A DNA stretch of 64,000 nucleotides from Polyangiales bacterium (lineage in GTDB: Bacteria > Myxococcota_A > Polyangia > Polyangiales > Ga0077539), in NCBI GenBank assembly GCA_044229975.1, contig JBGARZ010000015.1, positions 64,001-128,000 on the forward strand. The letters run 5' to 3'. Each line of letters starts with the position of its first letter. Position 1 is the first letter of the stretch. Below are positions 38,917 through 48,885 of this stretch, piece after piece. The position numbers were made by a program, and so were the translations under genes. A model generated the notes under the pieces. That model was not told the DNA's origin. It saw only the letters and a program-made list of their open reading frames with translations, and searched no databases.

Positions 38917-39602
38917 GTCACCTCGAAGGCGATCGCTCCGACGCTGTCCACGCCGCACTCCACCCGGTCGCCGCGCACGATGGCGCCGACCCCATCGGGG
39001 GTTCCGGTGAAGATCAGGTCGCCCGCTGCGAGGCGCCACAGGCGCGACGCCTGCGCGATGGTCTCGGCGACGCTCCAGATCATGTCCGAGAGCTGTGCCT
39101 CCTGCCGACGCTGGCCGTTGACCGTCAGCCAGATGCGCCCCTCGGGCGTGACGCCCCGGCGGATCACCCCGAGCGGCGCCGACGCGTCGAAACCCTTCGC
39201 GGCCTCCCACGGGTGAGCCTTTGCCTTGAGGGCGTTTTGCAGATCGCGCCGCGTGAGGTCGACGCCGACCGTGTACCCGAACACCAGGTCGAGGGCCCGC
39301 TCGACGGCGACGTCGGCGCCGCCCGAACCGAGCGCGACCACGAGCTCGACCTCGTGGTGCAGCTCTGCGGTGGCCGTGGGGTACGGCACCGAAGCAGTGG
39401 TGGAGACGTCCACCAGGGCGTCAGCGGGCTTGGCGAAGAAGCACGGCGGGTCGCGGTCGCTGCCGCCCATCTCCCGGCGGTGCGCGGCGTAGTTGCGCCC
39501 CACGCAGAGGATGCGGCGCACGGGGAAGCGCGCGGTGGTTCCGTCGACGGCGAGGGACGGGACCGTGGGCGGCGCGAAGACGAAGTCGGTGGTGGGGTTC
39601 AT
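38913..39602 (-). CDS. Fumarylacetoacetate hydrolase family protein
   Basis: [32 protein letters not shown]. Confidence 0.95.
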   Translation of the reverse strand: MNPTTDFVFAPPTVPSLAVDGTTARFPVRRILCVGRNYAAHRREMGGSDRDPPCFFAKPADALVDVSTTASVPYPTATAELHHEVELVVALGSGGADVAVERALDLVFGYTVGVDLTRRDLQNALKAKAHPWEAAKGFDASAPLGVIRRGVTPEGRIWLTVNGQRRQEAQLSDMIWSVAETIAQASRLWRLAAGDLIFTGTPDGVGAIVRGDRVECGVDSVGAIAFEVT

Positions 39603-39718
39603 CGGAGCCGCAGCGGTAGTACCAGTCGGGGGGTGTTGGCCAGCGCTGACCGGGCGTCAGGGCCCTCCGTGACAAGCGTCGTGCGTGGGGACTAGCTTCG
39701 GCCCACCAGACACCCGCC

Positions 39719-40549
39719 ATGACCTCTCTTCGCCCGCTCTCCCTTGCGATGGTTGTGTTGTGTTCCTTCGGATGCGCCGAGGTGGAGGGGATGCCCGACG
39801 ACCCCAACGGCGTCCTGGAGTACGACCCCGACGCGGCGGTGATGACCCTCGCGGACTCTTCGCGGACGCCGTTCGGCGAAGACCGGGGCGCCACGTCCAC
39901 GACCGACACGGGGCGCACCGACAGCGGTGCCTCCCGCGATGTCGGCGTCCCCTCGGCCGACGTGCCACCGACCGACGCGGGCGTCGTGGTCCGTGATGTT
40001 CCGGCGGCGGACCTGGGTCCGTCGTGCGCGTCGCCGCGGATGACCTGCGCTGGCGCCTGTGTCGACCTCGACACCAGCGTCGCCCACTGCGGCGCCTGTT
40101 CACACGCGTGCGGGTCGGGCGCGACCTGCGTCGGCGGCGTGTGCCAGACGCCGTGTGCTGCGCCGCGGATGACCTGCGCCGGGGCGTGCGTCGACGTGAG
40201 CGCCGACTCCGCGAACTGTGGCCGTTGCGGGATGGCCTGCGCGGCGGGGCAGAGCTGCGCCGCGGGCGTGTGCGCCAGCCCCACGGTGTACGGCCGAACG
40301 TGCACCGCCAGCAGCGAGTGCGGCGCGAACAACGTCTGTCTCAACGGGTCGTTCAACGGGGCGTTCTGGTCGGGCGGCTACTGCGTGAGCCCTTGCCCCG
40401 CCGACGGCTGCGGCGCCGATGGGCTCTGCATCAACGACGGCGCCTACCGGTACTGCGCCCGTACATGCACCTCGACCTCCCAGTGCCGCAGCCGCTACTT
40501 CTGCCTCGACGTGGGCTCGCCGACCTCGGGGGTCTGCTACCCGCTCTGA
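39719..40549 (+). CDS. Cys-rich lipoprotein
   Basis: SFGC lipobox; two CAxPRMTCAGACVD...CGxC repeats. Confidence 0.75.
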   Translation: MTSLRPLSLAMVVLCSFGCAEVEGMPDDPNGVLEYDPDAAVMTLADSSRTPFGEDRGATSTTDTGRTDSGASRDVGVPSADVPPTDAGVVVRDVPAADLGPSCASPRMTCAGACVDLDTSVAHCGACSHACGSGATCVGGVCQTPCAAPRMTCAGACVDVSADSANCGRCGMACAAGQSCAAGVCASPTVYGRTCTASSECGANNVCLNGSFNGAFWSGGYCVSPCPADGCGADGLCINDGAYRYCARTCTSTSQCRSRYFCLDVGSPTSGVCYPL

Positions 40550-40552
40550 TGG

Positions 40553-41383
40553 TTACCGGGCGCGGTGGGCCAGGCGCCACGTCGCCCGCGTGAGCCACAC
40601 CGCCAGCGCGATGAGCGCCAGCGACGGCGCGACGCGCAGGCCCAGCGCCACCCCACCCACGAGCAACCAGCGAGCGGCGGTGAGCCCGTCACGAACCGCC
40701 GCCGACGCCTGCCGGGTGAGCGGCGCGTGCGTTCCGAGCGCGTCGTGTTCGAGCCAGATCTCGACGGTCGCGAGGTCGACACGACCCTGCGCGGTGCGCT
40801 GCTCGGACTCCATCTGCTCGATGAGCGTTCGTTGATCGGCGAGCGAGCGCTCGACGGCGAGGATGTCGGCGAGGGTTCCGGTGCGCTGGTCGAGGAGGGT
40901 CAGCAGTCGCGTCTCGGTGGCGCGGGCGACGCGCAGGCGGGCGTCGAGGTCCATGAGCGCGTCGGTCACGTCGGTGCGGCTCACCTGCTCGCGCACCGCG
41001 CGGCCGTCACCGGAGAGGCGTCCCAGCGCCGAGCGCAGCTCGCCCAGCGCATCGGGCGCCACCCGCAGCGTGACCGAGCCCGACGCGCCCGACTCATCGA
41101 GCGACGAGGACTGCACCCAGCCGCCGTGGGCATCGGTGAAGGACGTGATGCGCTGCACTGCCGCGGTGGCCTCGCGCGCCGAGTCGACGCGCACCCGGTA
41201 GGTCGCGTGAACCTCCAGCATCGCGCGCCGGGCGACGTGCTGACCGGGGCCGCGACTGGTGGTGGACTCGCCGCTCGTCGGGCGCTGCGCGGTCGTCGCG
41301 ACGGGCGGTGAGTGTTCGCGCGCGGCGCAGCCGACGACGGCGAGGGCGCTGGCGAGGACGAGGCATCGGGCGGTGTTCTGCAT
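40553..41383 (-). CDS. DUF4349-like lipoprotein
   Basis: VVGC lipobox; GGWVQSS; DVTDALMDLDARL; ADILAVERSL; C-terminal TM segment. Confidence 0.8.
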   Translation of the reverse strand: MQNTARCLVLASALAVVGCAAREHSPPVATTAQRPTSGESTTSRGPGQHVARRAMLEVHATYRVRVDSAREATAAVQRITSFTDAHGGWVQSSSLDESGASGSVTLRVAPDALGELRSALGRLSGDGRAVREQVSRTDVTDALMDLDARLRVARATETRLLTLLDQRTGTLADILAVERSLADQRTLIEQMESEQRTAQGRVDLATVEIWLEHDALGTHAPLTRQASAAVRDGLTAARWLLVGGVALGLRVAPSLALIALAVWLTRATWRLAHRAR

Positions 41384-41441
41384 GGCGTGGACTCCCATCG
41401 TGGATGAGCGGTCAACGCCAACCGGGAGACGGGGCTTACAG

Positions 41442-42068
41442 TCACCCGCGCGGCGGGAGTCCGAGGCGCGAGCGGCAGCGGGCGCAGAGGTGCCCGGTGC
41501 TGTGGTCGACGGTGCTCACGAGGCCGCGCGCGTCGGTCATGAGGCACGCGGTGTCGGGGCAGTGTTCGAGGCCGAGGGTGTGGCCGATCTCGTGGACGCA
41601 GGTCGTCACCATGCGGAAATGGACCTGGCCCTCGTTGGGGGAGTTCATGCGGCAGCGGAAGGTCGAGATGACGCAGCCGAGGCCGCCGAGGTCACCGAGG
41701 CCGAGCACGCCCCAGTCACGAACGCCGTGCGCGGTGGTGGAGATGTCCACCTCGGTGACGCCGAGGATGCGGGTCGCCGGGGCGTGCAGCCGCGGGCGCA
41801 GCGCGTCGATGAGGCGCTCGGCGCGGTAGCGACGACGGGGCGCGTACCAGGCGGCCGTGGGGAGCGCGACCGTGGGGATATGCACGACGTCGACGCCGAG
41901 CTCGGCGCGCAGGCCCGCCTCGATCTCGCGGAGGAAGCTCTCGGGGAAGGCTCCCAGCGGCGCGACGGCGACGGTGGCGATGGGCGCTTGTTGAGCGCGG
42001 GCGAGGGCGCTCGCGAGGGTGGTGGCGGCGCCGCCGAGGCAGACACCCACGAAGCGTCGACGGTGCAT
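41442..42068 (-). CDS. Archaemetzincin-family zinc metalloprotease with Tat-like signal
   Basis: HEIGHTLGLEHC...CLM...LCARC; MHRRRFV N-terminus. Confidence 0.9.
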   Translation of the reverse strand: MHRRRFVGVCLGGAATTLASALARAQQAPIATVAVAPLGAFPESFLREIEAGLRAELGVDVVHIPTVALPTAAWYAPRRRYRAERLIDALRPRLHAPATRILGVTEVDISTTAHGVRDWGVLGLGDLGGLGCVISTFRCRMNSPNEGQVHFRMVTTCVHEIGHTLGLEHCPDTACLMTDARGLVSTVDHSTGHLCARCRSRLGLPPRG

Positions 42069-42113
42069 CGCCCGACTGTCGCGCACGGAGGGGAGAAGCG
42101 TCCAACTCGAGGT

Positions 42114-42270
42114 GGCGAGGAAGGGGTGGCCGCAAGGACGCAAGGGTCGCAAGGAAGAGGAAAGGAGGGGGGGACGGGCCCACGCATCCGCTAGTTCGCG
42201 GAAACCAACCATCCTCGGACGACCCCATCCCTTGCGACCCTTGCGTCCTTGCGGCCACTCCTTCCTCGCC
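42114..42270. repeat. Inverted-repeat element, copy B
   Basis: 41-bp arms 42114-42154 and 42230-42270 with one mismatch; 75-nt loop; core gccgcaaggacgcaagggtcgcaagg. Confidence 0.92.
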
Positions 42271-42333
42271 GCGCGCCAAGGGCCGCTCCGCTTGCGGGGC
42301 CGTCGCGGGGGCTGCTAGTCCCCACCGGAGGAG

Positions 42334-43902
42334 ATGCCCGTCGAGCCGCAGAGCACCCTGGCGCCCGACTTCGACGATGGGCCCGACCCCGTCGTTCGGA
42401 TGCCCAGGCGCATGGCGCCGCGGGTCGACGAACCCCCGCCGGGCATCGGGATCCAGCTCGTTCTCGCGGTCGCGGGCATCGGGCTCGCGCTCGGGGCCAC
42501 GCTCGGCGCCGTGGGCCTCGGCATCGTGCACGCCACGCGGTCCATGCCGCCGCGCGTCGCTGCCTCCAGCGCGGCCGCGGTGGTGAGCGCGCCGGTCCCG
42601 GCGGCCGCCACCGCGGTGGCGTCGTCCGCGGCGTATGCGCTCGACGCCGATGCCTCCGTCGCGCCGCCGCCACCGCCGACCGGGCCGCAGTTCGAGACGG
42701 CGCAGCAGTCCATCGGCGCGGGGCGGACGCTGGCCGCGGCGCTGCGGGCCGTCGGCGTTCCGCGCGGGGAGGTGGGGCTGACCATCCGGGCGCTCGACCG
42801 CTTCCTCGACATGCGTCAGCTCCAGCCGACCGACCGCGTCGCCGCGATGCGCGAGCCCGAGACCCGGACGCTGCGCCGGGTGGAGTTTCGCCGCGCGGCG
42901 ACGCAGGTGTGGGCGGCCGTTCGCGATGACGCGGGCGCGTGGCGCGGCGAGCGGGTGGAGGTCGTGATGCGCACGGAGACGGTGCGTACGGGCTTCCGGG
43001 TGGAGGGATCGGTCGAGGCGTCGGTGCGCGCGGCGGGGCTGCTGCCGGAGGTGGTCCCGCGCATCGCGGAGGTGTTCGCGGCGATGGACCTCCCGCCAAG
43101 GCTCCTCGGCGGCGACATCCTGCGCGTCGTGCTCGAAGAGGAGCGCATGAACGGGCAGTTCTTCCGCTACGGGCGGGTGCTCGCGGTGGACTACCGCGGG
43201 GCGCTCGGTCGACGCCGCGGATACCAGCTCACGTATGCCCGCGGCGGCGAGTGGTTCGACGCGCAGGGCAGCACCTGGGAGCGCGGGCCCCTCCGATCGC
43301 CGGTGCCAGGGGCGCGCATCTCGTCGCGCTTCAACCCGCGGCGCATCCATCCCGTGCTGCACGTCATCAAGCCCCACAACGGCGTCGACTGGGCCGCGCC
43401 CACGGGTACTCCCATCTACGCGCCCGCCGACGGGACCGTGCTCTCCGTCGGCCCCGCCGGTCCGTCGGGCAACCTCATCCGCGTGCGCCACCCGCAGCTC
43501 AACATCGAGACCGGCTACTGCCACCTCTCGCGCTTCGCGCCGGGGCTCCGGCCGGGGCAGCGCGTTCGCACCCGGCAGCTCCTCGGCTACGTCGGGACGA
43601 CGGGTCGCAGCACGGGGCCGCACCTGCACTTCTCGGTGAAGCGGGGAGGGGTCTTCATCGACCCGCTGACGTTGCACGGCGGGCGGCACGGGGTCCCGGC
43701 GGCGCTGCGGGAGCAGTTCGAGCAGGACGCGCTCCGCCTCGGCGCCACGCTCGACCAGATCGCCGTCAACGGCGAGACGCTCGCGGCCACCAACGCCATC
43801 GCGCCGCCGCCGTCGGGTCTCGGCGTCACTCCAGAGCCCGCGCCCGCGCCGCCCGATGACGGCGCCGACGAGACGCTCGACGACACCGACGGGCCCGACT
43901 GA
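42334..43902 (+). CDS. M23 family peptidoglycan endopeptidase (MepM-like)
   Basis: RISSRF; HPV; HNGVDWAAPTGTP; GRSTGPHLHF. Confidence 0.93.
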   Translation: MPVEPQSTLAPDFDDGPDPVVRMPRRMAPRVDEPPPGIGIQLVLAVAGIGLALGATLGAVGLGIVHATRSMPPRVAASSAAAVVSAPVPAAATAVASSAAYALDADASVAPPPPPTGPQFETAQQSIGAGRTLAAALRAVGVPRGEVGLTIRALDRFLDMRQLQPTDRVAAMREPETRTLRRVEFRRAATQVWAAVRDDAGAWRGERVEVVMRTETVRTGFRVEGSVEASVRAAGLLPEVVPRIAEVFAAMDLPPRLLGGDILRVVLEEERMNGQFFRYGRVLAVDYRGALGRRRGYQLTYARGGEWFDAQGSTWERGPLRSPVPGARISSRFNPRRIHPVLHVIKPHNGVDWAAPTGTPIYAPADGTVLSVGPAGPSGNLIRVRHPQLNIETGYCHLSRFAPGLRPGQRVRTRQLLGYVGTTGRSTGPHLHFSVKRGGVFIDPLTLHGGRHGVPAALREQFEQDALRLGATLDQIAVNGETLAATNAIAPPPSGLGVTPEPAPAPPDDGADETLDDTDGPD

Positions 43903-44292
43903 TCAGAACAGCCCGAGCACGACCTTCACGAGGCCGAACATCGCGGCCGACCAGACGAGCGTTCGCAGGTAGGGGATGCCCGCGGCGTAGACGGCGACGT
44001 AGACCACGCGCGCGCCGAGGAAGATCTGCGCGCCGAGGGCGGTGCCGGCGTTGGTGCGGTGCGCGACCACCACGGCCAGCACGGCCGCCGCGAAGAGCGG
44101 AAACGTCTCCAGCAGGTTGTGCAGCGCCCGGTCGATCCGACCCGCGACGCCGGTCAGCGGAGGCGCGGGCGTGTCGCGCGGGCTGGTGTTGAAGGCGACC
44201 CCGCGCTGAAGGGTCGAGAGCGTCGCGCCGATGAGGATCTGCGCGATGCCGAGCACCACGGTCCACGCCAGCATTGTCAGTTCGGTGTTCAT
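43903..44292 (-). CDS. MAPEG family membrane protein
   Basis: RIDRALHNLLETFPLFAAAVL; ARVVY...GIPYLRT; start MNTELTML. Confidence 0.88.
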   Translation of the reverse strand: MNTELTMLAWTVVLGIAQILIGATLSTLQRGVAFNTSPRDTPAPPLTGVAGRIDRALHNLLETFPLFAAAVLAVVVAHRTNAGTALGAQIFLGARVVYVAVYAAGIPYLRTLVWSAAMFGLVKVVLGLF

Positions 44293-44445
44293 GGAGGTCG
44301 TTGATTCCTGTGTAGGGGAGAGCCGACGCCGCGACGCTCTCACGTCCGCTCGGACCCCACACACGTTTCGGCAACGCTTCCTCCGCGGGCCCTCCCACCT
44401 GCCGTTGCGCCGAGGCGCCGTACCCACGATCCTCCCGCCGCGCCC

Positions 44446-47292
44446 ATGAACCGTCGCACCCGCTTCGTCCTCGCCTCGTGGTGCGCGCTCTCGGCCGCGT
44501 GCAACTCCACCTCGACGCCCACCCGCGCCGACGCCGCCGCCGTCGACACGCCCATGGACGTCGCCGCCGTCATCGATGACCTCGCCGTCGTCGATGACCT
44601 CACCGTCATCGACCACCCCTCCGTCGACGCTCCGCTCGATCGCCCGTCCCTCGATACGCCCGACGTCGTCGCGGGTCCGCCGCGGTGTCCCGGCCCCTTC
44701 CGTCCGCCCTCCGAGCAGGAGCTCTCCCGACGCCGCGCCCTTGGCATCCCCGACTCCGCCGGGTGCGTCGTGATGCTCGGCGCCAACAGCCACCTCGACA
44801 TCAACTGGCTCTACACCTTCGACGAGTACTACCGCCGCTTCGTCGGCACCATCCTCTCCGGCGCGCAGCGCCTCCTCGAAGCCGACCCCGAGTATCGGTA
44901 CAGCGTCGCGGAGATGGCGTTCCTCGCGGAACACCTGCGCCAGCACCCCGAGCAGGCGGCGTCCTTCCGCGCGGCGGCCGGGCGTGGCGCCCTCCGCGTC
45001 GTCGGCGGCGCCATGACCACGCCCGACACCATCCTCCCGACCACCGAGGCGCTCACCCGCGACTTCCTCCGTGGCTCGCTCGTCGCGGAAAACACCCTCG
45101 GCGTGCGCGCCCGCTCGGCGTGGCTGCCCGACAGCTTCGGCCACTCCCCGACCATGCCCGATCTCCTCTCGGCGATGGGCGTCGGCTCGGTCGCCTTCGC
45201 GCGCGTCGACGGCCTCCACGACGCCTTCGAGGCAGCGCTGGGCCAGGACGAGATCGTCGAGGGCTCCACCGCCTCGCTGCTCCGCGACATCGGCTCGGCC
45301 GACTTCGTGTGGCGCGGTCCGGGCGGTGGTGAAGTGCTCGCCCACTGGATGCCGTTTCGGCTCTACTGCCAGGGCGACAACCTCAACAACTCGGGCGCGC
45401 CATTGCCCGGCGGGCGCGTCGTCGACCGACCCCGCGGCGACGACGCCGATTACACCAACGGCCGCATCGTTCGCTATGTGAACGAGCTCACGCCCTACGC
45501 CCGCACGCCGTACCTCTTCGTCCCCATCGGCTGCGACTTCCAGCCGCCCATGACCGACCTCCTCCCCATCATCCGCCGCTGGAACACCACCCAGTCCGCC
45601 TCCACCGGCATCTACGTGATGGCGTCCAGCTTCGAGGACTACGCCTCGCTCCTCGACACGCGCCGCGACGACCTTCCGCACCTCACGCGCGACATCACGC
45701 CGTACTTCACCGGCTACCTCGGGTCGCGCCTCGCGCTGAAGCGCGCCGTCCGCCGCGCGGGCGACCTCCTCTCGCAGGCCGAGAGCGCCGCCCTCCTCGC
45801 GTCGTCGCTGACCGCCGCGCCGTACCCCGCCACCGCCCTCGCCGACGCCTGGAACCTCTTCTCCCTCAGCAACCACCACGACTACATCGCCGGCACCTCG
45901 CTCGACCCCGTCACCACCGGCGAGCAGCTCCCGTGGATGAACCAGGTCGCCGCCACCGCCCGCACACTCACCACCGCCGCGCTCTCCTCCGTCGCCGCCG
46001 CCGTCGCACCCGCCGCCGACGCCACCGCCTCCGCCGTCGTGCTCGGAACCGTCGGCGCCCGCGGCCCTCGCGCTGCCACCGTCGCACTCACCTTCGGCGC
46101 CGGCGTGCGTCAGGTCGCGTCGCCCTACCCCACGCAGGTCATCGACAGCACCCGCCGCGCCGACGGAACGCTCTCCTCCGCGAACGTTCTCGTGGTCGCC
46201 CCCGACGTGCGCCCGCTCAGCTACCAGCGCGTCGCCTTCACCGACCGTGCGCCGTCGGGTCCCGTCGCCGTGAGCGAGGCGGCCGATGCGTTCACGCTGC
46301 GCGACACGAGCGCCCGGCTCGTCGCGGTGGTCGATCGCACCACCGGGCTCCTCCGCTCGCTCGCCCTCGACGGCCGCGAGTGGATCACCGCCCCGTCGCT
46401 CGACATCCGCGCCTACGACGACCAGGGCGGTCTCTACCGCATCGGCAGCGAGACCCGCGGCTGCCGCTTCACGTTGGTCGAGCCGCCCGCCGGGGACGTC
46501 ACCGTCACCGTCGGCGAGCGCGGCCCCGCGAGGGCGACGGTGCGCATCCAGCGCGGGACCGTGGCGCTCACGCTCGGAATCACCGCGGGCGCGGGCAGGC
46601 TCGACGTCGACGTGGACTCCGCGGCGCTGCGAGGGCAGACGTACACGCTGCACCTGGCGACGGCGGCGACGGGCGCGACGGGGTGGTTCGATGAGCCCGC
46701 CGGGCTGGTGAGTCGGCCGTCACGGGGGTTGTTCGAGCCGACGTTCTGGTCGGCGGTGCGCGGCTTCGACCTGGTGCGCGCCGACCGCGCGGGCTTCGCG
46801 GTGCTGTCGTCGGTGAGCACCGGCGTGCACTACGGCGACGACGGAGCGATCGACCTCATGGTGTCGCGCAACGCGTACACCGAGCGCTGCGACATCCTCG
46901 GGGCGTCAGGCTACGAGGCCGTCCACGACACGCTGCGCTTCTCGCTGCGCCCGCACGTCGGCGTCATCGACCTCCTCGCCGAGGCGCTCGCCACCCTCGA
47001 CGCTCCGGCGGTGCAGGCGCGCGGTGTCTCCAGCGGCGCCGACGCGGGCTCGCTCCTGGGCCTCGACGGGACCGGGTTCGTGGTGTCCGCGGGCAAGCGC
47101 GCCGAGCGCGGCGACGGGGCCATCGTTCGCCTGCAACGCACGGCGCCGGGGGCGACGCTGACGGTGACGCCGGGCATCCTTCCGGCGACGGCGCTCACCC
47201 GCACCGACCTGCTCGAACGCGACGACGCTGTCGTGACGTCACCTGTCGCGCTCGACGCGCCGGTGGTGACGTTGCGGGCGCGCGCTCCGTAG
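44446..47292 (+). CDS. Glycoside hydrolase family 38 (alpha-mannosidase-like) lipoprotein
   Basis: LSAAC lipobox; SHLDINW; WLPDSFGHS; HHDYI. Confidence 0.85.
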   Translation: MNRRTRFVLASWCALSAACNSTSTPTRADAAAVDTPMDVAAVIDDLAVVDDLTVIDHPSVDAPLDRPSLDTPDVVAGPPRCPGPFRPPSEQELSRRRALGIPDSAGCVVMLGANSHLDINWLYTFDEYYRRFVGTILSGAQRLLEADPEYRYSVAEMAFLAEHLRQHPEQAASFRAAAGRGALRVVGGAMTTPDTILPTTEALTRDFLRGSLVAENTLGVRARSAWLPDSFGHSPTMPDLLSAMGVGSVAFARVDGLHDAFEAALGQDEIVEGSTASLLRDIGSADFVWRGPGGGEVLAHWMPFRLYCQGDNLNNSGAPLPGGRVVDRPRGDDADYTNGRIVRYVNELTPYARTPYLFVPIGCDFQPPMTDLLPIIRRWNTTQSASTGIYVMASSFEDYASLLDTRRDDLPHLTRDITPYFTGYLGSRLALKRAVRRAGDLLSQAESAALLASSLTAAPYPATALADAWNLFSLSNHHDYIAGTSLDPVTTGEQLPWMNQVAATARTLTTAALSSVAAAVAPAADATASAVVLGTVGARGPRAATVALTFGAGVRQVASPYPTQVIDSTRRADGTLSSANVLVVAPDVRPLSYQRVAFTDRAPSGPVAVSEAADAFTLRDTSARLVAVVDRTTGLLRSLALDGREWITAPSLDIRAYDDQGGLYRIGSETRGCRFTLVEPPAGDVTVTVGERGPARATVRIQRGTVALTLGITAGAGRLDVDVDSAALRGQTYTLHLATAATGATGWFDEPAGLVSRPSRGLFEPTFWSAVRGFDLVRADRAGFAVLSSVSTGVHYGDDGAIDLMVSRNAYTERCDILGASGYEAVHDTLRFSLRPHVGVIDLLAEALATLDAPAVQARGVSSGADAGSLLGLDGTGFVVSAGKRAERGDGAIVRLQRTAPGATLTVTPGILPATALTRTDLLERDDAVVTSPVALDAPVVTLRARAP

Positions 47293-47293
47293 G

Positions 47294-47746
47294 TCAGCCG
47301 GCGGACTTCGCCTTCGCGATGGCGTCACGAACGGCGGTTCCGCTGAAGATGCGGACGCCCCAGCGATCGCCGCGGGTATCGGTGAGGATGAGGTCGTCGG
47401 AGATGAAGCCCGTGGTGAGCTCCATGTGGGCGATGGCGCGCAGCGGGAGCACGGCGCGCTCGATGGGCCCGACGTTGATGCCGTGCGGGACGAACGCGAG
47501 CTCGTGGTCGGTGAGGTGGAGGTCGCCGCCCTGCCAGTTGAGCGAGGAGCCCGGTCGCAGGAGGTTGGCCTTCCACGACTGACGCTCGGTGAGGCGCGCG
47601 ATCTCCGGTGCGCTCGCGGCCTCGGCGGGCCAGCGCAGGATCGCCAGCCGCTGGCAATACATGCACTTGAAGAGGTCGGCGCGGCTCGTCATCTCGAGCG
47701 CGCCGCCGCAGTTCGGGCACGAGAGCGTGAAGAGGGGAGCGTTCAT
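47294..47746 (-). CDS. Zinc-ribbon protein with PH/GRAM-like domain
   Basis: CPNCGG...CMYC; GGDLHLTDHELAFVPH. Confidence 0.65.
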   Translation of the reverse strand: MNAPLFTLSCPNCGGALEMTSRADLFKCMYCQRLAILRWPAEAASAPEIARLTERQSWKANLLRPGSSLNWQGGDLHLTDHELAFVPHGINVGPIERAVLPLRAIAHMELTTGFISDDLILTDTRGDRWGVRIFSGTAVRDAIAKAKSAG

Positions 47747-47810
47747 GGCGCGAGCATCGAAGAAGGTGCGGGCGGTGTCCAGACGACCTGCGGTGGTACC
47801 TTCGGACGCG

Positions 47811-48731
47811 ATGTCCGAATCACTGATCACCATCGACTGCGAGTACGTGCAACCGCTGCTCGCCTGCGCCTACCTCCGCGTCTCGGGCGAGGAGTGCGCC
47901 TTCATCGAGACCAATACCGGGTATGCCGTTCCGAAGCTGCTCGCGGCGCTTGAAGCGCAGGGTCGCTCGCCGGGCGACGTGCGCTACGTGATCGTCACCC
48001 ACGTTCACCTCGACCACGCGGGCGGCGCCCACGCGCTCATGGAGGCGTGTCCCAACGCGACGCTGCTCGCCCATCCCCGCGCGGCCCGTCACCTCATCGA
48101 CCCGTCGAAGCTCGTCGCGGGCGCGACGGCCGTCTACGGCGCCGAGGCCTTCGCCGCCCTCTACGGAACCATCCGCGGCGTCCCCGCCTCCCGCGTTCGC
48201 GCCCTCGACGACGGCGCGGAGGTCCCGTTTGGCGGCGGCGTGCTGCGCTTCCTCCACACGCGCGGCCACGCCAACCATCACTTCGTGGTGCACGACCCGG
48301 CGCGCGGCACGGTGTTCACGGGCGACGCCTTCGGGTTGGTGTATCCGCAGATCCAGCGCGCGGGTCTGCTGGCCTTTCCGTCGACGAGCCCGACGGACTT
48401 CGACGGCCCCGCGGCGCACGCCGCCGTCGACCGCATCGTGGCGCTCGGGACCAACAGCGCGTGCCTCACCCACTTCGGCGAGCAGACCCGCCTGCGCGAC
48501 ATCGCCGACCAGCTACACGAGTGGCTCACGCTCTCGGAGAAGCTCATGGAAGAGGCGAAGCAGCGCCCGCCCGCCGAGCGCGAGACCTACCTGGAGGCGC
48601 GGCTGACGGCGGCCTTCGACGAGACCGCCGCGCGCATCGGGCTGTCGCTCAGCGACGCCGACCGCGAGCTCGTGGGCTTCGACCGCAAGCTCAACGCGCA
48701 GGGGCTGGCGTACGCCGCGGGCCGTGCCTGA
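47811..48731 (+). CDS. MBL-fold metallo-hydrolase
   Basis: THVHLDHAGG; TRGHANHH; FTGDAFG; THFG. Confidence 0.93.
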   Translation: MSESLITIDCEYVQPLLACAYLRVSGEECAFIETNTGYAVPKLLAALEAQGRSPGDVRYVIVTHVHLDHAGGAHALMEACPNATLLAHPRAARHLIDPSKLVAGATAVYGAEAFAALYGTIRGVPASRVRALDDGAEVPFGGGVLRFLHTRGHANHHFVVHDPARGTVFTGDAFGLVYPQIQRAGLLAFPSTSPTDFDGPAAHAAVDRIVALGTNSACLTHFGEQTRLRDIADQLHEWLTLSEKLMEEAKQRPPAERETYLEARLTAAFDETAARIGLSLSDADRELVGFDRKLNAQGLAYAAGRA

Positions 48732-48755
48732 CGAAGCGGTAGGCGTTCGAGAAAG

Positions 48756-48883
48756 AGCCGCAAGGGCGCAAGGGTCGCAAGGGGCAGGGAGGATTCTCGA
48801 ACAAAGCCCGGTCTCCGCGAGCTGGCGGTTGTGCGAGTCGATCGAGCCATTCTCTCCCTTGCGACCCTCGCGTCCTTGCGGCT
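48756..48883. repeat. Inverted-repeat element, copy C
   Basis: 28-bp arms 48756-48783 and 48856-48883 with two mismatches; 72-nt loop; lies between convergent genes. Confidence 0.9.
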
Positions 48884-48885
48884 TT

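Noticed and set aside
44293..46653. 916-aa ORF read as a large MAPEG fusion
   Set aside because: The upstream part is antisense to the GH38 gene; only the last 129 codons look like MAPEG.
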